From: Camelus dromedarius
Lineage: Eukaryota
Reading direction: 5' to 3'
Assembly (NCBI RefSeq): GCF_036321535.1
Contig: NC_087436.1
Location: 71,550,001 to 71,614,000 of the forward strand
DNA length: 64,000 nt
The notes below the pieces were generated by a model that worked only from the letters and a program-made list of their open reading frames with translations, made no database searches and was not told the origin of the DNA. Shown in pieces: positions 1-13,941 of this stretch (position 1 is the stretch's first letter; each line of letters starts with the position of its first letter). Both the position numbers and the translations under genes were made by a program.

Positions 1-260
1 GTTTCCAGAAAGTAAATCAAAAAGACAAAGAAAATAGAGGGAATAAACAAATAAAATTAAACAAATAGAAAAAGATTTAATAATCAGTAAAAAGAGGCCA
101 GAGAGAAGGATGAAAGCAACAGGAAAAAATTATTAATGAAATAATTCAGAAGAATTCCCCATAAAACTTTCTAGATTGAAATGGACTACTAAGTTCCCAG
201 GACAATGGAGGAAAATAAACTTACAACATGAAGTATCTTTATAATATATCAGACAGGGCA
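1..260 (+). mobile_element. Highly degraded old LINE-1 ORF1-region fragment
   Basis: A-rich sequence with L1 ORF1-like motifs (aatgaaataattcagaagaattcccc...ctagattgaaatgg); boundaries approximate. Confidence 0.45.
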
Positions 261-530
261 AACTTACAATTCTAAAAAGTCAAAACTCTCCAAAGTACTC
301 AGACAACTCTTTTTAAACTAATAAATTCTTAACTATATTAAATAGTTTCTATTCCAATACTTTTTAAAACATTCATTCTCTTATACTTTAAAGTTTTAAA
401 TCACAAAGTTAATATATCGGATTCTCTTAAACAAAGCAAACACTTTAAATAACAAATACAGATTATCTTTATTAACACAAAAGCACCAATGTTGTAGGTT
501 TGATTTATTTCATAATCTATACTTTTAAAT

Positions 531-988
531 TTCTATTGAAGTATAGTTGATTAATAATGTTTCAGGTATACAGCAAAGTGGTTCAGTTTTATAAATATAT
601 ATAATATATATATATTCTCTTTCAGATTCTTTTTCATTGTAAGTATTACAAGATATTGACTATAGTTCTTTGTGGTATACAGTAGACTCTTGTTGCTTAT
701 CTATTTTATATATAGTAGTGTGTATTTGTTAATCCCAAATTCCTGATTTATCCCTTCCCTCCCTTTCTCCTTTGATAACCATTAATCTGTCTTCTGTGAG
801 TCTATTTCAGTTTTGTAAATAAGTTCATTTTTATCATTTTTTAAGATTCCACATATAAGTGATATCATATAACATTTGTCTTTCTCTGTCTGACTTACTT
901 CACTTAATATAATAATCTCTAGGTCCATCCATGTTGCAGCAAATGGCATTATTTCTTTCTTTTTTATGGCTGAGTAATAGTCCATTGC

Positions 989-1033
<45 letters not shown>

Positions 1034-1606
1034 CATACACACACACAACATATTTTCTTTATCCACTTATCTGTCTATGGACATTTAGGTTGCTTCCATA
1101 TCTTGGCTATTGTAAACAGTGCTGCTATGAACATTGGAGTGCATGTATCTTTTCAAATTAGAGTTTTTGTTTTTTCCAGATATATGTGGAGGAGTGGGAA
1201 TTGATGGATCATATGGTAACTCTATTTTTAGTTTTTTAAGGAACATCCATACTGTTCTCCGTAGTGCTGCACCAATTTACAGTCCCACCAACAGTGTAGG
1301 AGGGTTACCTTATATCCAAACCCTCTCCAGCATTTATTATTTGTAGACTTTTTGATGATGGCCATTCTGACTGGAGTGAGATAATACCTCATTGTAGTTT
1401 TATTTGCATTTCTCTAATAATTAGCACTGTTGAGCATCTTTTCATGTGCTTGTAGGCCATCTGTATGTCTTCTTTGGAGAAATGAATATTTATGTCCTCT
1501 GTCTATTTTTTTATTGGGTTGTTTGTTTGTTTGTTATTTATATTGAGCTGTTTAAGCAGTTTGTATATTTTGGAAGTTAATCCTCTATCAGTCACATCAT
1601 TTGCAA
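531..1606 (-). mobile_element. LINE-1 3' end (ORF2 C-terminus plus 3'UTR), non-inverted part of a 5'-inverted L1
   Basis: Minus-strand ORF 782-1066 reads YYSAIKKKEIMPFAATWMDLEIIILSEVSQ (L1 ORF2 C-terminus); typical L1 3'UTR; contains a (TG)n tract. Confidence 0.95.
994..1029. repeat. (TG)n microsatellite
   Basis: Direct observation. Confidence 0.97.
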
Positions 1607-3694
1607 CAAAATCCAAAGTTAGTAGAAGGAAAGAAATCATACAGATAAGAGCAGAAATAAATGAAATAGAGACTAAAAAGAAAAAAAAATCAATGAAACT
1701 AAAAGCTGGTTCTTTCAAAAGATAAGCAAAGTTGATAAACTTTTAGCTAGACTCATCAAGAGAAAGAGGGAAAGGGCATAGAACAACAAAATCAGAAATG
1801 AAAAAGGAGACATTACAACTGAAACCACAGAAATACACAGGATCGTAAGAGACTACTATGATCAACCATATGCTGATAAAATGGACAACCTACAAGAAAG
1901 GGACAAATTTGCAGAATGGTACAATCTCTCCAGATTGAACCAGGAAGAAATAGAAAATATGAACGACCAATTACCTGTACTGAAATTGAATACATAATTT
2001 AAAAACTCCAAACAAACAAAAGTCTAGGATTAGATAGCTTCACGGTTGAATTCTACCAAACATTTAGAGAAGTTAATGTTAATGTCTATTCTTCTTAAAC
2101 TATTCCAAAAAAATTGCAGAGGAAAGAACACTTTCAAACTCATTCCATGAGGCATCACCCTGATACTAAAACCAGACAAAGACATCACACATACATAAAA
2201 AATACAGACCAATATCACTGATGAACATAAATGCAAAAATCCTCAACAAAATACTAGAAAATCAAATCCAACAATATATTAAAAAGGATCATACACCATG
2301 ATCAACATAACTGTACACCTGGGATTTATCCCTGTGATGCAAGGATTTTTCATTGTCCACAAATCAATCAATATGATACACCACATTAACAAATTAAAGA
2401 ATGAAATCCATAGATGAAGAAAAAGCTTTTGATAAAATTCAAAATCCATTTATAATAAAAACTCTTCATTGTGGGCATAAAAGGAACATACCTCAGCACA
2501 ATAAAAGTCATATATGACAAACCCACAGCTAACATGCTCAGTGGTGAAAAGCTGACAGCATTCCCTCTAAGATCAGGAACAAGACAAGGATGTGCACTCT
2601 CACCACTTATATTCAACATAGTTTTGGAAGTTCTAGACACAGCAATCAGACAAGAAAAAGAAATAAAAGGAATCCAAATTAGAAAGAAGTAAAACTGTCA
2701 CTGCAGATGACATGATAATACACATAGAAAATCCTGAAGACACCACCAGAAAATGACTAGTGCTCATCAATGAATTTGGTAGTTTCAGGATATTAAATTA
2801 ATATACATAAATCTGTTGCATTCCTATACACTAACAACAAAATATCAGAATGAGAGATTAAGAAAAGAATTTCATTTACCATTAGATCAAAAAGAATAAA
2901 ATACCTAGGAATGCATCTACCCAAGGTGGCAAAAGACCTGTATTCTGAAAATTATAAGACACTGATGAAAGAAACTAGAGAGGACACAAAGAGATGGAAA
3001 GATATACTATGTTCTTGGATGGGAAGAATCAATATTGTTAAAGTTGCCATACTATCCAAGGCAATATACAGATTTAATGCAATCCTTATCAAATTACCAA
3101 TGGTATTTTTCACAAAACTAGAACAAAAAAATTTTTTTTAAATATATATGGAGACAAAAGATCCCAAATAGCCAAAATAATCTTGAGAAAAAAGAAAGGA
3201 GTTAGAGAAATCACACTCCCTTACTTTACACTATACTACAAAGCTATAATAATCAAAACAGTATAGTATTGGCACAAAAACAGACACATACATCAATGGA
3301 CAGAATAAAAAGCCCAGAAATAAACCCACGCACATATGGTCAATTAATCTATGACAAAGGAGGCAAGAATACACAATGGAGAAAAGACAGTTTCTTCAAT
3401 AAGTGGTGTTGGGAAAACTGGAGAGCTACATGTAAAAGAATGAAATTAGAACATTCTATAACACCATATAGAAAAATAAACATAAAGTGGATTAAAAATC
3501 TAAATGTAAGACCGGAAACTATAAAACTCCTAGAGGAAAACATTGGCAGAACACTCTTTGGCATAAATCTCAGCAATATTTTTTTGGATCCATCTCCTGG
3601 AGTAATGGAAACGAAAGCAAAAATAACAAATGGGACCTAATTAAGTTTAAAAGCTTTTGCACAGCAAAGGAAACCATAAACAAAGCAAAACGAC
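1607..3694 (+). mobile_element. LINE-1 ORF2 (RT region) pseudogenic fragment, inverted 5' part of the same insertion
   Basis: Fragments [39 protein letters not shown]...[36 protein letters not shown], broken by stops and frameshifts. Confidence 0.95.
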
Positions 3695-4064
3695 ATCTGT
3701 ATTTTTAATTCAAAATTGTACTAGGGTTAAATCACTTACCCAATTTAGGGGAATATTATTGTCTCACACAGGCTGAACTTACTGAGTTGAAATTGTAGAT
3801 CCTAACATCCTATAGTGCAGAGAAATAATGATTCTAGGATGATTCTATCCAAGACCATCCATGTTGCTAATTCTTCCACAATTGATTGGATTCAACAAAT
3901 TTCACTGATCCCTAATTGGATTCTGGATTCTTATCAATCTTTGTGAAGTTTTGATGCTATCTCACTAGATTCTACATTCATCTATACATTATCATCATTC
4001 TATCAGCCACATTCCCTAGTCATTCTTATTAAAGAAACCATAGTACTAATTTGTTTTAGTTTAT

Positions 4065-4200
4065 GAAGAGGATTCAAATCCTGTTTCTGTCAAGTTCTAG
4101 TTCCATAACATAAACAAGTTTTTCAATTGCTCTAAATCTCAGTTTGCTCTTCAATAAGATGGAAAAGAGACAAAGTAACTAAAATTGCTTCACAGGATTT
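4065..4200 (+). mobile_element. MIR fragment
   Basis: gattcaaatcctg...ctctaaatctcagtttgctcttcaataagatgg resembles the MIR core. Confidence 0.6.
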
Positions 4201-4399
4201 CATTACCACTTTATAAACTGTTAAAGAGCTATTTTAATAAGGTAGGAACTATTTGCATTTCCCCCAAAAAAGCAAAAAGAAAAAACAAAATTAAGTTTCT
4301 CTCCCATATTATTTAGGGCTGGGACACAAGGAAAACAAGTCATTGTACTGTCACCAAAATAAAGAGATATACTGAAAAATACTGATAATTCTTTTTAAA

Positions 4400-4600
4400 A
4401 CACATGCCAGAATGTATACATCCAAATTAATGTCATATTATTCAAAGTACCTTTGTAATATCATCATTTGCTTAATAGTTTTGCTCACTTATTTCAAGAT
4501 CTGTAGTACAGTCTTGTTAATATTCACAGTGCTGTGATTCTTATCCCTTGAAAGTGAATTTGGTTTTAAAAAGAGTCATAAGTCATTTGACTACAAAGCT
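4400..4600. mobile_element. Possible ancient mariner (MARNA-like) remnant
   Basis: atcccttgaaagtgaatttggttttaaaaagagtcataagtcattt resembles recalled MARNA sequence; very diverged. Confidence 0.3.
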
Positions 4601-6417
4601 ATTCATTGCTAACTGTTCATTAACTGGGGATTGGTTTATACACTGAAGTACTCTACAGTCATGAGAAAATATGAAAACTATGTATGGATATTATATGATC
4701 TCCAAGATTTTCCTTAACAAAACAAAGAAATTGTTTGTGAGCACATTAGTATTTACCTTGAAAAATCCAAAAGAAATAAACACACTTACATAACTATATT
4801 TCCTTAAAATGTGTCTGAAAGAATATCTACAAAGGCAAACTTTGGTATCTTCTAGGTCAGAGAATTATGTGAATTTATTTACTATTAACAAAATAGATTT
4901 TTTACAAGTAAAGTCTGAAGAAGAAAGTAAGAAAAATCACACTGAATATTTGTGGATAAGACTGAAATTAAGGAAATGAGAGTGATTTTCTTATGAAACT
5001 CACACATTCTTTATGTAGCAATTAAAAAATTCCTTTTCAGAAAAGATTTGACTTCTTCCTTTGATGATCTGATGAACAACACATATTTTGAAGTATACAT
5101 CCTATACATTTAAGATGCTTGGTTTTTTAAAAAGTACAATATTCTCTTTACCTTAAAGTCATACCTTACATATGTTAACATATAAAAATGAATCTGATAG
5201 ACTAAAACAGCTTTTTACTTTCCTATAATTCTGCAAATTACTGTTACAAATGCATAGAAATACGTTTTCTCCAGCTATACAAGTCCTTTCTAATATCATA
5301 ATTAATCTGGTTTTAAAATTTAGTGTGTCATTAACTATGAATAATGAATAAAACTTCTGATAAATAAGAATTCCTTTAAAATTACATATATTTTCTGTAA
5401 CACTTGGCATTTTAAATACTATTACCAACTTAGCCTTTATTTGTGTGTGTGTTTTCTGAAAATTTGTGTAATGATTACCAGAGCTTTCTGTTCCTTTTCA
5501 CCTGTGGTTGTTTGTGTGTTTGATGCAGAATCTAATATTTGTAGGTATGTATGTTGTGCATATATACATTTGCAAGCACACACCATCACATTTGTAGCAT
5601 TAGGACTTGCTATAGGTAGCAAGAAAAATAAAGTGCATTATTAGACCTGTTTTAATAGCAGAGTTTACTATTATCTTTAATAAATGAACACAGCCTTAGT
5701 AAAGACAAAAGCACAAGAATGGTAAATCACTCTTACTTTCAAGGACTGAACATTCTTTCAAACAGTTAACTGCAAAATGCATAAAACTGTGAAACACATA
5801 AAAATGGTATGTAACAAATAGTAAAACATAATGGAAGTTTAACTGTTAAAAGAATAAAACCTGTTAAATGAATAACAGCAGTAGCCAAGCCGGCTATGAT
5901 TTCATGCTTTTCCATTGTAAAGTGTAGGAATCCATTCACATATAATAATTCCAGAGGGAAAGTTCCACAGTTTTAAGGTATTTGTGGAGTAACAAGTCAG
6001 CTTCACTAGAATCCTTCTCATTTTAAAGACAAACAAAACCTGCTGATGCTGCACATTCCTGAGAAAAGTAAAGATTTAACTTCCCAAGAATTAGAAATGC
6101 TTAGTTATCTGCTTTCCAGAATAATTTGCTATACCCTTACAAAAGACAGACACATACGAAAGCACAAAATAAGTGTTTGTCATCAAAAAAAGTGCACATA
6201 TAGTAAGAACCAGTCTGCTGACTTATACAATGGCTGGTGAGCTCCTTCCCAGGTTTCTCTAGTTCTCTGTATTGTACACACTTCCTCAACAAGAGAGAAT
6301 TGGTATATTTTGCAAGAGATTGTTCTTTTTTCTAGTTTAACAAAATTAAACTCTTAACTTACATTTGACAAAAATAACTGAACTGGGAAAACTCTCATTA
6401 CTTCCTACCTAATTCCT

Positions 6418-6865
6418 TGTGGTAGATTGATTGCACTATTGACCCTAATTCTTTACTTTATTATGTGACTTTGGAGTTTCTCCCATTAAAGCAAAGAATA
6501 TTTCCACACCCAATGTGACTTGCTTTGGTCAGAAGAATGAGGTAGAAGTTACAATGCCCAGTTCCAAACTTAGGCCTCAAGAGGCCTTGCGTGTCTCCAA
6601 TTACTCCCTTGCATCTTTTTCATTACAAGGGGAAGACATCTTGGGGCTATTTGCTGATCATGGGGAGAGGACAATGAGAGATACATTGAGCAGAGCCACT
6701 CCAGCCAACTGTAGACATGAAAGAGAACTCTGTCAAGATTGGCAAAACTGTCCACCTGAGCTTAGCCTAGATAAGCTGACTTACAGAATCATGAAAAATA
6801 ATAAATAATTATTACTTTAAGCCACTGGGTTTTGGTATAGCTAGTTACTCAGCAATATCTGATAT
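6418..6865 (+). mobile_element. MaLR solo LTR (MLT1H-like)
   Basis: Starts tgtggtagattg; gacttgctttggtc, aggcctcaagaggcctt; ends aataaataattattactttaagccactg...gttactcagcaata. Confidence 0.8.
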
Positions 6866-7459
6866 TTCCTCCAACACTTTTTTGGTCATTTCTTCTTTCT
6901 ATATAAATGTCCCTCTTGATCATTTTGTAGGCTCACGAGCCACAGGAGTGTGTCAACAACTTAAGAAGTATTGCCTTAGACTAGGAGTTTCAGTTTCACT
7001 GTAGGTTTTAAAATCTCTCCTACTCTCTAAAGAACTCTTTAAAAAGCATGCAATAGGATAATTTGATTTCTCTTTACTCAGCCTTATCTTTAATCAGGTA
7101 AATTAATCTCAATAACATCAGATTATTCAAAGGAAATGACCACATAATACAAGATATTTGAATTATTAAATATTTATAGATTCTTACTTCACAGAGCTAC
7201 GTTCTCAATCTTTACAAAAATCTTCTACACATCAATTTATAGGTGGAAGGACTATCTTGGGAGAAGCCAAGTGAATATACTTTACAGCGGACTTATATTG
7301 AAAAGTCACCCAAAAGGATTGGTCAATCAATGAAAATGGGATTGCCAAAAAGTGAAAAAAGAAAAATCAAGAAGGACTAGAGGTGGATAACATATAGAAG
7401 GGCAGGATGAGGACTTTTACAGAATAATCAACCAAAGAGGAAAATAACCATAATAACAA

Positions 7460-7484
7460 ATTAATTAATTAATTAATTAATTAA
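7460..7484. repeat. (TTAA)n microsatellite
   Basis: Direct observation. Confidence 0.9.
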
Positions 7485-10067
7485 ACTATTTAAACTCTAG
7501 AAATTGTCTTAAGGGCATATAGCAAATGAGGAAACACTTATTGAAGAAAATCTACTTAATCTTAGTAACAACCATGAAAGTCTATGGCATTTTAACAACA
7601 ATTTGCTACAGTCCTACCTCCCTGCTCAGTGTGATGGAATATCCACGCTGGGTGGGAATAGCCAGGAACACAGGGCTCTCTTCACTGTCAAACACCCAGG
7701 CAAGGGCTACAGTATCTCTCCAGGAGAGGCAGGCCACTGACATTTCCCATCTCCACCCACCTCAGCTCCATGTTGCAGAAGCCCTATTCCAGGCAAGAAG
7801 AGTTGAGGGCTAGAGGCTCTCTTCCTCTACCCAGTACTCATTCATAGGGCAGAAGTTCTTCCCCAGGTACAGCAGACCAATAATATTGTTCCAACTCACT
7901 CACAGGGCAAAGGTTTCATGCCAAGAGAGGCAACCTGAGAAGACTCAGAGGCACAGCCCATGCCTAGCATGCTACTCGTAAATGAGGCGTGTCTCTTCTA
8001 GAGAAACAGGACTCCATCTCCTCCCCCAGGCCTAGGGCAGTGGTGCAGAGGTTCTGCCCAGGGGAGAGAGGTAGGATAGAAGAAAAAGGAGTTCAAAAGT
8101 GCTTCTGCACCGCCCCCCCAAAAAAAAGTGCTTCCTAGAGGGATTAACTTCACTAGGAATAGACAGTGGGAACTTCAGGCCTAAGGGTACTCTCAGAAAC
8201 AGTGGGGATTCTGGTGGTAAGCAATTAAGAGTTGACCAGTAACTTTATAGACCAACAACTAACCATAGATCAGCTTGAAGTTTACTGGAAAGACCCAGGG
8301 AAAAATACAGCTAGGAAGAGCCCTCCTGGGGTCAAAACAAACCTTGAAGTCCAACCTTAAACACTTCCCCTTCAAAGGGGCTCGATTTAATTGGATCAGA
8401 CTATGGGGAAATGTATGTTCCCGGGCACTGTCAAAAACAAGAGAGCAATCAGTGGAGCCTAACAGGTAGGTGTGATGTCAGCATAGGCAGGCAGGATAAC
8501 AGAAAGATAATGGAAAGAGACAGTCAAATAGTGCCCTGGAGGAAGAAAATGACTTTATTAAAACATTCCAACATAGTCACTAAACAAAGAAGCAACAACA
8601 ACAACAAGCTCCACAGAGTGTAGAGGAGGAGGAGGAATCTGTACACAGAGATACTATAGCAGATTAGCTAAAAGGTTTGATTTTCAACAAAAATAATGAA
8701 ACATGTAAAGAAACAGAAAAGTGGGGCCCACATACAGAAAAAAAAAAAGCAGGCAATTGAAACTGCCTTGAGAAGGGCCCAGATGTCAATGTAGCCAAAA
8801 AGAGTCTGTAAAGCAATTATCATGAAGTAAAGAGATAATGGAAGGTATGATGACAATGTGCCATTAAATGTGGGATATCAATTAAGAGAGAAATTATGTT
8901 TTAAAAGAACCAAATAGAAATTCTGGGATTGAAAAGTACAATAACTGAAATGAAATACTCACTAGATGGGCTCAACAGTAGATATGACCTGGCAGAAGAC
9001 ACAATCAGCAAACCTGAAGACAGATCAATAGAGATTAGGCAATATGAAGAACAAAGAGAAAAGTTGATATAGAAAATAAGCAGAGCCTCAGAGAAATTCT
9101 ATTAGGCAAACTAGCAAACATGTAGTGAGAGTGTCAGAAGGAAAAAAGAGAGAAATAAGAAGAAAAATTGAAGCAATAATAACTTAAAAGTTCCCAAATT
9201 TGATTTTTTTAAAACTACACATCTAGAAACTTATTGAATTCAAAGTAGGATAAAAACAAAGAGCTCTACATCCAGACATATCATAGCAAAAATGTTGAAA
9301 TCCAAAGACATGAGAAAAAATCTTTAAAGCACCAAGAGAAGAAATGAAACAAAGAAATCACCATAAAATTAAAATCTGACATCATATCAGAAACAATGAA
9401 GGCCAGAAGTCAGTGGCATGGCATTTTCAAAGTGTTGAAAGGGGGGAAAAATGTAAATCAAAAAACTAAGAATTTTACACCATGCAAAACTCTTTCAAAA
9501 ATTAACATAAAGTACATTCCCAAAACAGAAAATTCATTGCTAGCAAATCCAGCTTATAATAAATACTAAATGAAGTTCTTCAGGCTGAAAGCAAGTAATC
9601 CCAGGCAATAATTCAAAGTGTTTATATTATTTATTATCAGACAAAATGAACTTAAAAAGTCACTCAGGACATTTTATAATGATAACAGTGTTAAACCATC
9701 AAGAAGATACAAGCATCATAAATGTATATTATACAAACAACACAGCCCCCAAATACATGACACAAAGGCTGACAGAATTAAAGGGGAAAATACATCAACA
9801 TTAATAGCTGAAGGCATCAATACCATACATTCAATAGTGGACAAAATAACAAAACAGAAGATCAACAAGCAAAGAAAAGTTTTGAACAATAGTTTAAACT
9901 AACTTGACCTAACAGACGTCACTGGAACACTCTACCCTACAACATCAGAATACACATTTTTCTCAGTGTCCATGAAGCATTCTCTAGCATAAACTGTATG
10001 CTAGATAATAAAACAAGCCTCAATAAATTTTAAAAGACTAAAATAATTTCAAGGATGTTCACCAATT

Positions 10068-10722
10068 TGAGACAGGAGGGAGGGGGCAGGGCACAGCCAT
10101 TCAAGGAATGACAGCAATTAACACCAAGACGGTGGAAGCTTCAACTTCCAGTAGGCCTTGAGACCCAAGATGGCAGATTTGACTTCCAGTAGACATTGAG
10201 CTTCATTATACGCTCACTGTAATATATTAGCAAGGTAAATGACACTCTCACAGGTGCCATGACAGTTCCGAGGCTAATCATAAATGGTCAAAAAGTGAGA
10301 GGTGGTCCAGTCCCTGGGAACTCCAGCCCCTTCCCCAGGGTAGTTGGAATAATCCTCCCACTTGTTAGCATATAAAGTTACTGAAGCCCATAAAAACGAA
10401 CACCCCCACACCGCATGGCCACTCTCCCTTCTGAGTGAGATGGACCATGCTCTGTCTACAGAGTGTGTATCTACTTTTACATTAAACTGAACACCAACCC
10501 TCACACTTCATGGCCTTTCTCTTGCCTTCTGAAACAGCCTGCACTGTCTATGGAGCATGTGTCTCTCTGAATAAATCTACCTTTACTCAACTGTGGCTCA
10601 CTCTTGAATACTTTCTCGTGTGAAGCCAAGGACCCACACTTGGCAGGGTGCATTGTAAGGACTCAACCAAGACCCGGGACACGGCCATCCTCTCACCCCA
10701 CATTTGTCTTTTTCCTATATCA
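10068..10722 (+). mobile_element. ERV1-type solo LTR inserted in L1 ORF2
   Basis: TG...CA ends; TATAAA ~10371; AATAAA ~10570; 4-bp TSD aatt/aact with 1 mismatch; L1 sequence resumes on both sides. Confidence 0.85.
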
Positions 10723-13039
10723 AACTGACATGAAATTAGGAATCAATAATAAAAAGAAAATGAGGAAATTTATAAATACATAAAAATTAAACAGCATACA
10801 CATAAATAACCAATGCAATAGGTAAAAGAAGAAATCACAAGTGAAATTAGAAAATAAGATGAATTAAAATTAAGACACAACATATCAAAACGTATGGCAT
10901 GTATGTAAAGCAGTGCTTGGGAGGACATTTACAACTATAAATGTCTATATTAAAAAAGAAGACCTCAAATCAATAATCGAACCTTTCTTTTAAAAACACT
11001 GTAAAAAAGAGCAAACTGAACCTAAATCAAATAGAAGTAAGAAATTAATAAAAATAGAGGAGAAAACAGTAGAGAAAATCAACAAAACCAACAAAACAAA
11101 AACTTGGTTCTATGACAAGATCAACACCATTAACAAACTTTTAGTCAGACAAAGAAAAAAAGATAGAACATTCAAATTACTAAAATCAGGAATGAAAGAG
11201 AGGACATCACTACCAAATTTACAGAACTAAGAAGTGTAATGAAATACTATAAAAATCTTATGCCAATAAATTAAATAAGGTAGATAAAATGAACAAATTC
11301 ATATAAAAATACAAGTTACTGAAACTCCTCAAGAAAAAACAAAATCTGAATAGACTTACAACAAATAAAGAAATTGTATTAGTAATGAAAAGACTTCCTA
11401 CAAGGATATCCCAAGCCGAGACGGCTTCACTGATGAACTCTACCAAATATTTAAAGAAGAATTAACACCAGTTCTTCACAAACTCATGTTAAAAAATAGA
11501 AGAAGAAATAATTCCCAACTAACTCTATAAGTTCAATATTACACTGAGACAAAAACCAAAGGAGTTCGAAGAAAAGAAAACTATAGATCAGAATTTCTTG
11601 TGAATATAGATGTCAAATTTTCCAACAAAATACTAACAAACGGAATCCAGCAACATATAAAAATGATTATATACTATGACCAAGTGGAGTTATCCCAGAA
11701 ATGTAAAGTTTGTTTCATATACAGAAATTAATCAATATAATAAAACATATGAGTAAAGGACAAAAATTACATGATTATCCCCATATATGCAGAAAAAGCA
11801 CTTGATAAAATCGATTAGTCTTCTATAACTAAAAAAAAAAAAAAGAGTTCAACCAGGAAAAGAAGGAAACTTTCCCAACCTTATAAAATATATTCATGAA
11901 AAATATAGAGCTAACATCACACTTCATGGAGAAAGACTAAATGCTTTGTCCTACATCGAGGAACAAGACAAGGATGTCTACTCTAGTTACTTCTATTCAT
12001 CATTTTACTGGAGGTTATGATCAAGACAATTAGGCAAGAAAAAGAAATAAAAAGCATCCAGATTTGAAATGAAGAAGTAAAGCTATCTCTATTTATCGAT
12101 TACATGACCATTTATATGAAAAATCTTAAGGAATGCACTAAAACACAATTAGAACTAATTAACAAGTTCATCAAGTTTGCAGGATAAAGGATCAATACAC
12201 AAAAATTAATTGAATTTCTATATCTAGCAATAAACCACCCTTAAGTGAAATTAAGAAAATAATTCCATTTATAATAGCATCAGAAGAACCAAATCCTTTG
12301 GAATAAATTTAACAAGATAAGTGTAAAACTTATGTTCTGAAAACTACAAAACATTGCTGATAGAAATTAATAAAGCACATAAATAAGTAGAAAAAATCTC
12401 ATGTTCATGTATCAGAAGACTTATTTTTTAGATTTCAATATTCACCAAATTGATCTACAGATTTAATGCAACCCTTGTCAAAATTCCACCTACTTTTTTT
12501 TTCAGAAATTGACAAGCTTATCCTAAAATTTATATGGAAAATTCATGGGATCCAAAATAGTCAAAAAAAAAATCTTGACTGAACAATTTTTTGAAGGACA
12601 CTCACTCCCTAGTTTCAAAACTTGCTAAAAAACTATAGTAATCAAACAACTATAGTACTAGAACAAGTTTAGATAAGTAGATCAATGGGATATAGTCTAG
12701 AAATAAGAGCCCACTTTGCAGTCAACTGATTTTCAACAAGTTGAAAATAGTCTTTTCAACAAATGCTACTGGGAAAATTGGATATCCACATGCACAAAAA
12801 AAAAAAAAAAAGTTGAAACTCTTCGTAACACCACACACAGAATTAATTTAAATGTATCACAGATATAAATGTCAAAGCTAAAGCTATAAAACTTTTAGAA
12901 TAAAATATGAGAGCAAATTTCTGTGAGTCTGCACTGCTGCAGATGGTGGTTTGGCTTCCTGGGCTGGTTGTTACAGGTTATAGATCAAAGTTCAATTTTT
13001 ACATGTGGTCTGGCCATTGTTCAATGATATATCTAGCCT

Positions 13040-13320
13040 CTCAGAATCAAACACTAGCTGTGGAATCTCCAGCAATTTACCCAATCTTTCTTAGCCTCAG
13101 TGACTTCATTTGTATAATTTGATTAGTAGTTGCCTCTACTACATAGGATAATAATTTATAGTCCATATAAATATTTTCTTAACTAAAAAAAATAGATCTA
13201 ATAATGCCAATACATCAGCCATTTGTGAGAAATATAATAGTCCTTTGATACTGAGGAGATACTGAATTAGTGTATATAATATACTAGCACAGTGCCTGAT
13301 ACAAAGTAGGCAGACAATTG
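13040..13320 (+). mobile_element. Degraded MIR
   Basis: agcctcagtgacttcatttgtataat; tagcacagtgcctgatacaaagtagg. Confidence 0.45.
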
Positions 13321-13386
13321 TTAGATCCTTTTTCTCTTTCCTTGGTTTTTCACTGTAGGATCAGCCATGTCACCCTATTTTGGTAG

Positions 13387-13941
13387 TGTTATCAAAGAGC
13401 AGGCTCTTGTCTTTTCAAAGAAAGAATTCAGAAATGAGACACGGAGGTCAAGAAAGTAAAGTGGCGATTTTTTTAAGAGATAGTACGCTCACAAGGGGAG
13501 AGTGAACAGACTCAGGTAAGAATCTGTGCTGAGTTTCTTTGGCAAGCTGGTTATATGAGGTGTAAAACCCAATGGGGAGAATATATTGGAGGGGAGGCGT
13601 TTGAGGTTATCTTTCCTGATCTTCATCCCAGCTCCATCTTTCCGAGGGAAGGAAGGATTTTGTCTTTCTTTGGTCTTGATCAGGAAGTTGGATGAGGGTA
13701 TAATGAGTGAAAGGTTACATTCAGATGCTGGAGAGTCCTGTCTCTTCCCACCTTCTTTGTCTGCTTCCAGGATACTTATCAACCCAAAATGTATAGTTTC
13801 TTATCATTCCAGAGGTTCTTGCCTTTCTTGGTCTGCCGAAGGATCCACACTATTCACAAGATGTGTGGTTTCCTGTCATTTGGCCCGTGTCCCCCTTTCT
13901 CTGCTCATATCTAGACATCTAGCCACCTGCCTGCTCTAACA
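13387..13941 (-). mobile_element. ERV1-type solo LTR
   Basis: TGTT...AACA termini; perfect 4-bp TSD GTAG (13383-13386, 13942-13945); homologous to the 3' part of LTR 22034-22541. Confidence 0.9.

Larger units (their letters stand above)
7380..12925 (+). mobile_element. Old LINE-1 (L1M class): 5'UTR, ORF1 and most of ORF2, degraded, 3'-truncated, interrupted by an LTR
   Basis: GC-richer 5'UTR ~7500-8600; ORF1-like A-rich region ~8640-9600; EN/RT motifs (gacctaacagac, ggcttcactgatgaactctacc, aacaagacaaggatgtc); ends near aaacttttagaataaaatatgagagcaaatttctgtg with no 3'UTR. Confidence 0.88.

Noticed and set aside
782..3640. Multiple ORFs with reverse-transcriptase-like peptides
   Set aside because: Frameshifted LINE-1 ORF2 fragments and their antisense frames, not a host gene or a novel RT system.
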